Virus record (IMG/VR): IMGVR_UViG_3300042987_003051
Span: 19,075 to 83,074 of that record
From: a virus
DNA: 64,000 nt
Reading direction: 5' to 3' (one strand)
Part shown: positions 47,501 through 58,000 of the stretch, piece after piece
Layout: the number at the start of each line of letters is the position of its first letter
How positions within the stretch are numbered: the stretch's first letter is position 1
Position numbers and translations under genes: made by a program
Notes under the pieces: model-generated
The model's database searches: none
The model's input: only the letters and a program-made list of their open reading frames with translations
What the model was told of the DNA's origin: nothing

Positions 47501-50039
47501 GAGAGCCGTAGATGATGCCTTTACATATGCGATAGATGTATATGGAAATACTGCAGAAAACGCAAGATTGAGATTTATTGATGTTCAAAGTAATGCAGAA
47601 AGAGCAACTATTGATAGATCGGGAAATTTCATTGTAGGTTCTGGATCGTCAACAGGAACAGCATCACAACCACTTCAGGTAACTGGTGGTGCTTATGTTT
47701 CTGGCAACATTGGAATTGGTGTTTTAAATCCATCAGAAAAACTTCAGGTTGCCGGTAACGTGGCACCTGATCAAAATGGAACCAGAGACTTAGGAACTCC
47801 AAGTTTAAAATGGAACAAAATTTACACCAATGAACTTGTAGGAACCATAACAGGTACCATCTCAAGTGTAAGTATTACTAATGATTCTTCAACAAATGCA
47901 ATCAGATTTATTAATTTTGCATCTACGGTTAGTGGATCCAGTAGCATTTATGGTGACGATTTATTAGTATGGAATCCAAACACAAATAGTTTAGGAATAG
48001 GAACAACAAATCCATCAATACCATTTGGTAATGTTGGTGTTCATATTAACAATGCTGGATTGAATATTCAATCAGTAGCTCCAATTATATTCTTACAAGA
48101 AATTGATAATTCAAACAATTACTATAATTTAGTTGTTGATGGTGGTATTTTTGGTGTTAGATACAATAATAATTTCCCTGGACCATTACAAGTAAATTCA
48201 AGTTCAGTTTTAATAGGTTCTGCAACATCAACAGGAACAGCATCACAACCACTTCAAGTCACTGGTGGCGCTTATGTTTCTGATAATGTTGGAATTGGAG
48301 TCACAAATCCATCAGAAAAACTTCAGGTTGCCGGTAATGTGGCACCAGATCAAAATGGAACCAGAGACTTAGGAACATCTATTCTTAAATGGAACACAGT
48401 TTATGCCAATACATTTAATGGGCAATTTATAGGAAATGCCGATACTGCTTCTAAATTAGCAACACCAAGAATTATTGCTGCAACTGATGATATTTCTTGG
48501 TCGGTTTCTTTTGATGGATCCTCAAATGTATCTTCTGCGGCAACTTTATCAAACACCGGAGTAATCGCAGGAACTTATGGTTCTTCAACACAGGTTGGTG
48601 TGGTAACCGTAGATGCAAAGGGTAGAATTACTTCAGCATCTAATGTTTCAATTGCCTTCACTAATGCAACCGTAGCCAGAGCAGGATATGCGGACAGTGC
48701 AGGTATAGCAACTAATCTTAGAGGTGGTACTGCATATCAAATTCCATATCAATCTGCAGTAAACACAACTGCATTTATAGCAAATGGTACTGTTACTGGA
48801 CAATTACTTCAATATAATAGTTCGGCAGCACCATCTTGGGTAAACCCTTCTGGTTTAACTGTATCTAGAGCTGGATATGCAGACACTGCAGGTATAGCAA
48901 CTAATCTTAGAGGTGGTTCTCCTGGTTCAATTCCTTATCAATCTTCTTCCAATGTAACAACTTTTCTAAATGATCCTAATGTAAATGGAGCTATTTTAAC
49001 CTGGAATGATTCAAGTTCACAACCGTCTTGGACTTCTGCGACTAATTTCACTGCTGGATTTGCATCATATGCTACTAAAGCAGGATTAGCAACTGATGTA
49101 GAACTTAATGGATCAGGACAACTTCTTTATCAACCCGGAAATAACAATACCGAATTGTTATCATTCGGTTCTGCTGGACAAATACTTCAATCTAATGGTA
49201 CAGGAGCAGCTCCTAGTTGGGTTAATTTAAGTGGATTAACTGCTGGATTTGCATCATATGCTACTAAAGCAGGATTAGCAACTGATGTAGAACTTAATGG
49301 ATCAGGACAACTTCTTTATCAACCCGGAAATAACAATACCGAATTGTTATCATTCGGTTCTGCTGGACAAATACTTCGTTCTAATGGTACGGGAGCAGCT
49401 CCTAGTTGGATAACTTTAGGATCTTCTGTAGGTGCCGCAATTAGTGGACTTACAATTAGGGATGAGGGAACTATAACTCCTTCGGGTGGTGTGGGTGTTA
49501 TTACCACTATTAATTTTGTTGGTTCTGGGATTACGGTTGTTGGTAGTTCTTCTGGTATTGCTACTGTAACATTTCTTGGAGATCAAATACTAGAAGGCAC
49601 AATTAAATCTACTGACACTACAACACAAACCTCTTTATATCCAGTGATGGTGAGTACTGTTGGAGTTGCGACAACTGCTTGGACATCTTCAACAAAATTA
49701 TCTTTTAATGCAGTTACAGGACAAATTAATGCAGTTGATTTTAACTCTACATCAGATCAAACATTGAAAACCAATATTAAACCTATTTTATCTCCTCTTG
49801 AAAAGGTATCACAAATTAACGGAGTGACATTTAATTGGATTGAAGGTAATATACCTTCAATAGGAGTTATTGCTCAACAAGTCGAAAAGGTATTTCCAGA
49901 ACTTGTAACTACAACAAGTGAATATAAATCTGTTAGATATAATGGATTGATTGGATTATTAATAGAAGCAATTAAGGAACAGCAAATGCAAATAGAGGAC
50001 CTTAAATTGCAACTTGAAGACTTAAAATCTAACACTTGA
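44505..50039 (+). CDS. Long tail fibre with a C-terminal S74 intramolecular chaperone
   Basis: VGIGT repeats; SDQTLKTNI...GVIAQQVE.VFPELV...Y..LIGLLIEAIKE. Confidence 0.88.
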   Translation: MAKYLSGRSKRTPQSALSDERYRYLSVGDAEPNFGDPIFPGDFPPFGQQYQIVSVEGYPGERYWVPIGGGVIPGSISVFDEGNLVGGSNSTTEINFVGAAITVIGISGPPPGTGVTVTVFAPGNNSEILFNTFNDFSTSPKLKFDNSTGSLIAGDRIIVGVGGTVITTTGVGSVGIGTINPTQELHLHGDFRITGTIYDYLNSPGSPTQLIAKNNFGGITWVDQGTVRSAAGGTVGNVQYHNSVGLVDGASNFVFDEFNNRIGIGSTIPTVLFDVLGYSKFTGQTQIDNLNVTGIATLKNLGVSGLTTTRDLQVYESTLLNRLKVSGISTFDSQVIINNLNVTGVGTFDNIKLDTNTVSTNVGNLIIDSSGGTTQINDIVYINDYTQSINSNTGALVVEGGVGIGSQLNVDGAVKLATLGGITTTGGDLYVAGNLYVNNDIFYDELFVRNGYFTGIVSTKDLLVTGVATIATLGVSGLTTTRTLRVTGISTFDDFIDANGGAYIDNIQIGITDNNEIDTSSGNLTIDSAGGLTTIDDRLFVTGISTFNANTVFNANVTLGNNVGGDTVSFGSSVNTNIIPQSTDTYDLGQSDSLRWRTIYAQTFSGKFIGNADTASQIATATTTGISSYFLTFVDSNNSPASYETLYTDSGITYTPSNDLLTVGKLVVTGISTFENTSTFNGITTFTNNVFIGNSNTDKVSFAATVDSNIIPSGIRDLGSITNRWDKFYVNEIVGTVTGTISSVSITNDSSTNAIRFISFASTVSGSSSIYGDTNLTFNPSNDTVSIGGSLGIGNANPGTRLDVTGNVRLSGSVPEIELNTGGPRFRVPSSNTLTVHTGGGLSSGTNEVIRINATGVGIETSTPRYKLHVIGDTNITGLTSLGGNLVPTGNGTQDIGLPDRKWNKFYVNELVGTITGTISSVSITNDTSTAGNPIRFISFASTFSGSSSVYGDSLLTFNPTSNSLGIGVANPTAPLDVAGRVFLRRNDTLFEGGEIAFARAVDDAFTYAIDVYGNTAENARLRFIDVQSNAERATIDRSGNFIVGSGSSTGTASQPLQVTGGAYVSGNIGIGVLNPSEKLQVAGNVAPDQNGTRDLGTPSLKWNKIYTNELVGTITGTISSVSITNDSSTNAIRFINFASTVSGSSSIYGDDLLVWNPNTNSLGIGTTNPSIPFGNVGVHINNAGLNIQSVAPIIFLQEIDNSNNYYNLVVDGGIFGVRYNNNFPGPLQVNSSSVLIGSATSTGTASQPLQVTGGAYVSDNVGIGVTNPSEKLQVAGNVAPDQNGTRDLGTSILKWNTVYANTFNGQFIGNADTASKLATPRIIAATDDISWSVSFDGSSNVSSAATLSNTGVIAGTYGSSTQVGVVTVDAKGRITSASNVSIAFTNATVARAGYADSAGIATNLRGGTAYQIPYQSAVNTTAFIANGTVTGQLLQYNSSAAPSWVNPSGLTVSRAGYADTAGIATNLRGGSPGSIPYQSSSNVTTFLNDPNVNGAILTWNDSSSQPSWTSATNFTAGFASYATKAGLATDVELNGSGQLLYQPGNNNTELLSFGSAGQILQSNGTGAAPSWVNLSGLTAGFASYATKAGLATDVELNGSGQLLYQPGNNNTELLSFGSAGQILRSNGTGAAPSWITLGSSVGAAISGLTIRDEGTITPSGGVGVITTINFVGSGITVVGSSSGIATVTFLGDQILEGTIKSTDTTTQTSLYPVMVSTVGVATTAWTSSTKLSFNAVTGQINAVDFNSTSDQTLKTNIKPILSPLEKVSQINGVTFNWIEGNIPSIGVIAQQVEKVFPELVTTTSEYKSVRYNGLIGLLIEAIKEQQMQIEDLKLQLEDLKSNT
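49050..49409 (+). repeat. Near-identical ~170-bp direct repeat within the tail fibre (offset 189 bp)
   Basis: TAGFASYATKAGLATDVELNGSGQLLYQPG... occurs twice. Confidence 0.9.
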
Positions 50040-50064
50040 CAATCCCCTAAGAACCTGCTATGAT
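50036..50064 (+). promoter_or_regulatory. Sigma70-type early promoter
   Basis: TTGACA-N17-TATGAT. Confidence 0.75.
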
Positions 50065-50090
50065 ACTCAGGTAATCACGAAACGAACTGA

Positions 50091-50273
50091 ATGAAAGATG
50101 AGTACCTCACACGATGCGTCGTTGACCCACTGAAAAGAACGGTATATCTTTATTCTAGTGAGGGGTCAGAAAAAGAAGTGTCCTGTGAGACCGTTGATGA
50201 GTTTATGAACGTGCTAAACTTTGTTCGTGCTACATTGGATGAGGATACACTCTCATACACAAATCCACTTTAA
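50091..50273 (+). CDS. Hypothetical cyanophage protein
   Basis: 60 aa, downstream of the promoter. Confidence 0.7.
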   Translation: MKDEYLTRCVVDPLKRTVYLYSSEGSEKEVSCETVDEFMNVLNFVRATLDEDTLSYTNPL

Positions 50274-50336
50274 AATCCATTTTTGGTCGAAAAAATTTCC
50301 GGTAAATTTTCTTACGCGATACTTTTTTAAAATTGT

Positions 50337-50543
50337 ATGAATTTATACAAAATTAACTATAAAAACCTTAAAGAGGAGATTGTAAAGACAACTCCTCAAA
50401 ACGTTCAGGAAGCAAATGAGGGTTTGTTTTATGCTAAAATGAATCTTCCTGAAGCAGCAAAACACTGTGGAATGTCACAAAAAGAAATGCGCTTGACATT
50501 CTTTGAGTACCTCAAGTATAATCCTATCACGTACAAAGCGTGA
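50337..50543 (+). CDS. Hypothetical protein, possible HTH
   Basis: MNLPEAAKHCGMSQKEM. Confidence 0.65.
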   Translation: MNLYKINYKNLKEEIVKTTPQNVQEANEGLFYAKMNLPEAAKHCGMSQKEMRLTFFEYLKYNPITYKA

Positions 50544-50550
50544 TTTTTAT

Positions 50551-50895
50551 GCGAGTATGGTGGAATCGGTAGACACACCAGACTTATTGTAAAATTGAGC
50601 CTCATTTGGGAAACCTTATGAGTGTAATTCCTCAAATTCGGTGAAACCTTTAAAATGGCAATACCGAGCGAAGTTGCAAGACAGTTGGAAAGACAACGGC
50701 TACCCAATGTGCTTCTAGAGAGGGTTGGAATTATCTAGAAAATGCAAAACGTGTAGAGACTAGACGGGGAACACCTAAACCGAAAGGTATGGTGAAGGTA
50801 TAGTCCAGACCACAAACCGAAAGGGTAGTGAAAACTATAGTGGTACGAAAATCTGTTGGGCATTGCCCGTGGGAGTTCAAGTCTCCCTACTCGCA
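50551..50895 (+). tRNA. trnL: tRNA-Leu(UAA) with a group I intron; exons 50551-50585 and 50848-50895
   Basis: Acceptor GCGAGTA/TACTCGC; spliced anticodon loop CUU|AAAA; long variable arm; GTTCAAG T-loop. Confidence 0.92.
50586..50847 (+). mobile_element. Group I intron in the tRNA-Leu anticodon (262 nt)
   Basis: CTCAAATTCGGTGAAACC, GGCAATACCGAGC, GTAGAGACTAGACGG and AGGTATAGTCC; U at the 5' splice site and terminal G. Confidence 0.9.
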
Positions 50896-50942
50896 CTAGA
50901 GAATTTAATCTTCTCTAAATAATCAAAAGTAGGAAATGTCCT

Positions 50943-51212
50943 ATGAAGTATCGTATTGATGCCAGATATGTTTGGTACAATCGCGGAACTCAATTAGTTC
51001 TAATGTACTTTATAAATCAAATTCCTTTCACTTTTGATGATGTTCCTGAGAGTTATATTTACGATCCGGAAATTTTAGAAATCGCAGATAACGAACTTCG
51101 GTTTGAACCAGAGGATTTATTTCAATCATCATACTATTTGATACTTGAAGAATGTCATCCTCTTATGTTTGAACTGGAACTGGAAAATCCAGAAATGTTA
51201 CCTGCTGATTAA
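50943..51212 (+). CDS. Hypothetical cyanophage protein
   Basis: 89 aa between the tRNAs; AGGA RBS. Confidence 0.7.
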   Translation: MKYRIDARYVWYNRGTQLVLMYFINQIPFTFDDVPESYIYDPEILEIADNELRFEPEDLFQSSYYLILEECHPLMFELELENPEMLPAD

Positions 51213-51213
51213 T

Positions 51214-51284
51214 GCCTCTAAAGCATTGTGGTGATGCACCGCTCTTGTAAAGCGGAGACGACAGTTCAATTCTGTCTAGGGGCT
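51214..51284 (+). tRNA. trnT: tRNA-Thr(UGU), atypical D-arm
   Basis: GCCTCTA/TAGGGGC acceptor; CCGCT-CTTGTAA-AGCGG; GACAG-TTCAATT-CTGTC. Confidence 0.85.
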
Positions 51285-51302
51285 CTGAGTTTTAAACTCC
51301 AA

Positions 51303-51461
51303 ATGTCACTTATTTCCCAAAAAGACCGTGAAATGGTCATTGAAGCACTTGAATATTATGTTCAGAAACTTAAAGAAGATAACTGCACTCCTGCCTCTAT
51401 CACTGCCTTCCAAACCCTCCTTAACTGGATTGAACTGGAGCATTTCAAAAATGAAAATTAA
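51303..51461 (+). CDS. Small hypothetical protein
   Basis: MSLISQKDREMVIEALEYY... Confidence 0.6.
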   Translation: MSLISQKDREMVIEALEYYVQKLKEDNCTPASITAFQTLLNWIELEHFKNEN

Positions 51462-51624
51462 TCTATGGTACTGTGATTCTATGAAGCAATGGCGATGGAT
51501 TCTTACCGATGATTCACGACCAGTTATTAAACAAGAATCAGGACAACAACCATTTCTCCGTGATGCTATGAATGATGTAGTAAATACGGTAGAATATATG
51601 TTGGAGTGTAAGCAACTTGAATGA
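51451..51624 (+). CDS. Small hypothetical protein
   Basis: MKINLWYCDSMKQWRW...; GGAG RBS. Confidence 0.65.
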   Translation: MKINLWYCDSMKQWRWILTDDSRPVIKQESGQQPFLRDAMNDVVNTVEYMLECKQLE

Positions 51625-51890
51625 ACAACAAGGATTCTTTAAATTCTCAAGACTCTGCATTCATCCATAAACTCAACAGAGCGAGTATAATATCACTTCT
51701 TGGTTCGTTTCAAAAGCGATTAGACAATTGTGAAAAAATACTACAGTCAAAGCAATCCTCTTATGCGCTGATAATGACTTTCATTGCGGCACAATTTATC
51801 GCGCTTATAATTTTAAATATTATGATCTTACAGATTCAAAGAAAGATTTCTATTATTCAAATATCACCAAGCATTCATGAGGTAAGGTAA
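51621..51890 (+). CDS. Hypothetical membrane protein
   Basis: ATGA overlap; one TM helix. Confidence 0.45.
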   Translation: MNNKDSLNSQDSAFIHKLNRASIISLLGSFQKRLDNCEKILQSKQSSYALIMTFIAAQFIALIILNIMILQIQRKISIIQISPSIHEVR

Positions 51891-52089
51891 GTGAAGGGAG
51901 AAGTAGAAAGCATAGATATTTGATGGTATTTGATAAACAACTTCAAAAAAGGTTGATTTGGAAAGAAGAAAAGGGATATAATAACTCTGGATATACTTAA
52001 CCAAATCCGTTCAGTGTGCTTCACAACTTCCTTATGGAGGTTTTGTTGTTTGATAAATAACTCATAACGGAACTATAAGTATTAATAAA

Positions 52090-55000
52090 ATGGGATTAAG
52101 TCGCCTAGATAATTTCCTAAAATCAGTAAGAGGAACAATTATTTACGTTGATCCAAATAGTCTAGACTCTACTGATAGTATTGAAAATACTGGAAATAGC
52201 TTAACAAGACCATTTAAAACAATTCAACGTGCTTTAATTGAAGCAGCAAGATTTTCTTATCAGCGTGGACAAAAAAATGATAGATTTGGAAAAACTTCAA
52301 TTTTATTATACCCTGGAGATCATTTTATAGATAATCGCCCTGGATATATTCCTACTGGAAATGGTTTGTTTTCGAAAAGAAGTGGACAAACAGGAGTTTC
52401 TGATTTAACTCAATGGGATTTAAGTAGTAATTTTGATTTAACAACCCCAAATAATGAACTTTATAAGTTAAATTCGGTTTATGGTGGTGTTATTGTTCCT
52501 AGAGGAACGTCAATTGTAGGACTTGATCTCCGTAAAACAAAAATTCGTCCATTGTATGTACCAGATCCTAGAAATAATAATATTGAAAGGTCTTGTATTT
52601 TTAGAACAACTGGCGCTTGTTATTTTTGGCAATTTACAATTTTAGACGCAGATCCAAATGGAAATTGCTACAAAAATTACAATCCAGACCTTTTTGTTCC
52701 TAATTTTTCTCACCATAAATTATCTGGATTTGAATATGCTGATGGAATAAATGGTGTTTATATTAATGATGCATTTTTAAATCAAAATCTTGGTACAGGA
52801 ATTGATACTTCAAGAACTGACTTGGATATGTATTATGAGAAGGTTGGTATTGTTTACGGAGCATCATCAGGTAGAGAAATTCCTAATGATTATGATGGAG
52901 GAACAACAACAGTTGATATTCAACCTATCATAGACGAATATCGTATTGTTGGACCAAAAGGTGCTTCTGTAGGAATTACTAGTATTCGTTCAGGTAATGG
53001 AACTGTTTCTTCAAGCACCATAACAGTGGATCTTGTTGAATCTATTGAAGGATTAAGTGTTGATAGTCCTATTGAGATTAGTGGAGTTAATGCTTCTGGA
53101 TATGATGGGCAGTATGTGATCGCTTCGGTTCCAACTGATACGCAAATTACCTATAGGGTTCAAAATCCACCATCAGACCCACTTCCAGGTGTCACTGGAT
53201 CAACTTTAAGTCTTGTTGTTGATACCGTAACTTCAGCATCTCCTTATATTTTTAATATTTCTTTGCGTTCAGTTTATGGAATGTGTGGATTGCTTGCGGA
53301 TGGTGATAAAGCAACAGGATTTAAATCAATGGTTGTTGCACAATATACAGGAATTGGATTACAAAAAGATGATCAGGCTTTTGTGAAGTATGATAGTGTT
53401 TCTGGAACTTACCAACAGTTTCCATCGGTATTAAATCTTAGTACAGATTCAAGATCAAGGTTTAAGCCAGAATATGAAAATTTTCATATAAAAGCAACTA
53501 ATGATGCATTTTTGCAATTAGTGTCCGTATTTGCAATTGGATATGCTCAACATTTTGTCACTGAGAATGGTGGAGATATTGCATTAAATAACTCAAACTC
53601 AAATTTTGGGGCAAAAGCATTAGTATCTTCGGGATTTAAAAAAGATGCATTTTCTCAGGATGACTATGGATATATCACTCATATTATTCCCCCTAAAGAA
53701 ATTAATCCAGAAGAAATTAGTGTTGAGTTTAATTTAATTGATGTAGGAATTACCACACAAATATCAGCCGGATCTGCTACAACATCTCGCCTTTATTTGT
53801 ATAATGAGACGAATGAGGATTCTCCACCTAGAGTGGTTATTGATGGATATAATGTTGGTGCAAAGCAGAATGAACAGATTAATATTCAAGTTGTTAAAAG
53901 TGGGATAGTTTCTACATATTCTTCAAGAGTTGTAATGCCAGATGGGCCTTATAGATCTACTCAGTCTTCTTCTGAAAAATCATTTACTGTTGCAAGAAGT
54001 GTTGAAGGAATTAATAGTATCAATTCCAACGTTTTTACTTTAACTGAAGCACATTCATTAATTAATGGAGAGTCTATTCGTATAATTTCAGATAATGGAA
54101 ATCTTCCTGATGGATTGCAACCAAATCAAATTTATTATGCGTCAACTGTAGGAATTACTACGAATAATCAAATTTATGTATCAAAAACTCTAAATGATGC
54201 AATTAATGGAAATTCTATTACAATAAACAATAAAGGTGGGGTATTAAAAGTTGTAAGTAAAGTTTCTGATAAGAATGCTGGAGATATTGGACACCCAGTT
54301 CAGTGGGATACTTTTGGATATTGGTATATTGGTGTATCTACTAGTAATAATGGAATTTATAATGCTATTAAATCATTTGGAACTTCTGGACTTGGGAAAG
54401 CAACATCAAGATCATACGTAACTAGGAAGTCTGATTCTAGAAGTTTGATTGATACTCTTTATAGAGTTCGTTATGTTCTTTCAAAAGACGCTCCGAGCTC
54501 AGCAAGACCACCTGTTGATGGATTTATTCTTCAGGAATCTAATAATATTATTGGTTCTGGATCGGCAGAAATTTCTCAGATTTATAATACTTCTGGGTCT
54601 ATTTCATCAATTGAATTAAGAAATCCAAAATTTATTGCAAATGCATCTTGGTCTTCTAATTTAGTTACGATTAGATCTGAACTACCCCATAATTTGAGAA
54701 TTGGTGATCAAGTTGAAATTGTAAATGTTTCTCCAACTGAATATAATGGAATTTATACTGTCACTTCATTGCCAAGTGCAAAAGAATTTACTTACCAATT
54801 AACTGTTAATCCGGGAACATTTGGGAGTGATACTTCAAATAGAAATGAAGATCTTCCATATTTTAAAAGGAAAAAATATACAAAGACATATCAAGTTTAT
54901 AGAACTCAAGAAATACAATCATTTATTAAGGGTGTTCAGGATGGTGTCTATTATTTGACATTAATTAATCATTCAAATAGTCCAACAGTTACTCCATTCT

Positions 55001-58000
55001 CTGATCAATCATTTGCTCAACCAGTGGAGAACTTGTATCCACAATCAAATAATGATAATCCAAATTCAAATCCTGAAGCATCAGTTTCTCATGCAATTCC
55101 AAATCCAATTGGAAAAGTTGTGATCAATGACCCACAAAAGAGTGTTACTAGGGAAACTTTAGAATCTTTTGTCGTTGGATATGGAATTACTAATATTAGA
55201 TCTTCAAGTGGAACTGCACACACTATCTACACTTCAATTGATCATGGATTTTCTGGAATAACTTCGGTAAGTATTGTAAGTGGTGGTAGTGCATATGGAT
55301 CTGGCTCTCCTGGAATTTTATATAATGCTCAATTAGTTGGGTATGCTGGTTCTACTACTGGTTCAAATGCCACTGCTAAAATTACTCTTGGATCTGGTGG
55401 AGTCATTTCTGGAGTAACTATTATTGATGGTGGTTCTGCTTATGGAATTGGAAATACTTTAAGAGTTGTTGGTGTTGCAACTACTAGTGGATTTGTTCAA
55501 GGTGTTGTTCGAGTGCAAGCAGTTTCTAGCAATGTTGGGGATACAATAGAAGTTTCTGGGGTATCTTCCGATTCCTATTCTGGATATAATACTCTCTATA
55601 GAATTTCAGAAATTGAAATTGGAAAACCAAAAGAAATCAATGTAGTTTCCGCAGAAACTCTACAGACATATTCAACGTCCGGTTTAGGTTTAACCTTTAC
55701 CTCAAATGCTGGATATATTTTAACTGGAAAAGTTCTTCAGATTAATAGTTTTAATTATAGTTCTACAACTGGCATTGCTACTGTTCAATTCGCATCCTCT
55801 CACGGATTTAAAGTTGATAATAAGGTGAGTATTAGAGGGGCAAATCAATCGGTATTTAATGGAGATTTTATTGTTGAGCAGTTAATTAATAATACTCAAT
55901 TAACTTTAAAAATAGGAATTCAAACTTCTTCAACTTCAGCAACAGGAACTTTATATGCATATCGTCCAGGTTTAACCTCATATGGTGGTGACCTGTCTAA
56001 GGATAGAGAGAATATTTCAGGACGTTTATCCTATCAATATGCAGGAATTACTACAACTTTGGGATCTATATATTCACTTACTGCAACTGGTGCTTTGAAT
56101 ATTCCTAATGCAGTTTCTCTTGGATTTACTCTTGGTGATTATTTACTAATTGACTATGAGATTTTTAGAATTAAGCAAGCAGTAACTTCAAATTCAGTTT
56201 TTGTTCATAGAGCAGTTTTAGGATCTCCAGTGCAGGAGCATCAAAGTGGATCTGTTGTTCGTAGAATTAAAGTTGTTCCAGTAGAACTTCGTAGAAATTC
56301 AATTATTCGTGCATCAGGACATACATTCGAGTACTTAGGATTTGGTCCTGGTAATTATTCTACTTCACTTCCAGAAAAACAAGATCGAGCACTAAGTAAT
56401 ACTGAGAAATTCTTGGCTCAGGCAACAAAACTTGATGGTGGAATTGTTGTTTATACTGGTATGAATAGTGATGGGGACTTTTTTGCTGGTAATAAAAAAA
56501 TTAATTCTGCTACAGGAAAGGAGGAAACTTTTGATACACCAGTTCCATCAAATACTGGAGAAAAAGAAACACCAGAAATTGTAAATATTACTGACACTCA
56601 AAAGTTATTTGTAGAGAGTTCTATAAAAGTTGAGGGTGGAAAAGATAAAAATGTAGTTTCTGAGTTTGATGGTCCAGTTGTATTTAATAATAAAGTTACT
56701 TCTAATTCAGAAATTGAAGCTTCTACATTACTAGTTCAGGGTGAAGATCAAATTTCAAGAGGAATTAGTATTTCTAGAACAAAACCAACTATAGTTGGTA
56801 ATTATGGAGATATAAAATTCAATGCAAATCCTGAGGGTGGTAGAAATTCTGGATGGATTTATACTACTGAAAATGAATGGAAAGAATTTGGATTAATTAC
56901 TAGTGGAACTCAAGATTTATATGGAGTTGGTATTTCTACGGGTAGTGGTCCAGTAGGATTCTCTACATTATTAAATGTTGTTGCGATTGGAATTACTTTA
57001 GGGAGATCTTATGATTCTACTACAGGAATTACAACTCTTACTTTTACTGGGGCATCTCCTTTAGGAAATACGATTGGAATTTATACGGGTTCTCCAACAT
57101 CTAGTGTATTTGCTGGCAATGCAAATGCAATTAAATTTATTGGATCTCAAGATGGATTTGGTGTTAATTTTATTGCCAATTATGATCCAATTTCTGGATT
57201 TACTACAGTTACTATTCAAAGTCCTTTAGATCCAATTAATTTTAGTAGTTCTCTTCCTAGAACAAGTCCTACTTTTACAACAAGAAGTCCAGGTACTCGT
57301 CTTGTTTATTTTGATCAATTAACTTCAACTACAACAGATTTTGCTGTTGGTGTTGAAGCAAATGCAAGTTGGTCTTCTGTTCCAAGAAATATTAATGATT
57401 TTAAGTGGTATGCAGGAACAACTGGAATTGCGACTTTAAGTGGAACTGGAAATCTTTCATTGTCCGGAGGATTAACTGCTTCTGGAAATATAACATTAAC
57501 TGGTGGAATAACTGCAACTGGTGGTGTAACAGGAAGCACTCTCTCAGCAACAACTACAACAGGACAACCAATTAGTGTTGGATCATCAACTCAAGTTAAT
57601 AATTTAAATTCTCAATACTTGAATGGATTTGAAGGAACTTGGTATACAGATATTCCCGCAAGACTTGGATATACTCCATTCAATGTTACTGGTGATAGTG
57701 TATCTGGACTTTCCAATTTCTCTGGAGGTCTTAACGTTAGTGGTGGAATTACAACTGCATTAAATGTAACTGGAAATGCTAGAATATCTGAAACTCTTAG
57801 ACCAAATGCAATTGCTGATAAAGATGATCAAGTTGGTTCTTCTGGACAAGTTTTAACATCAACTGGTTCTCAGTTAGATTGGAAAAATCTTTCTGACCTA
57901 CCACTTTCTGGTAGAATATTGCAAGTTGTTCGTACAACTCAATCAACTGCAGTTCAACATACTCCTGCCTGGGAAGATACTGGGTTAACCGCAACCATAA

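Noticed and set aside
49050-49409. Near-identical repeats as a diversity-generating retroelement TR/VR pair
   Set aside because: Both copies are tandem and in frame within one gene, with very few differences and no reverse transcriptase in the window.
50270-50335. A/T-tract intergenic stretch as a replication origin
   Set aside because: No iterons or other supporting evidence visible.
50429-50707. Minus-strand 92-aa ORF, and the 5' part of ORF 51228..51461
   Set aside because: These overlap tRNA or intron sequence and are spurious.
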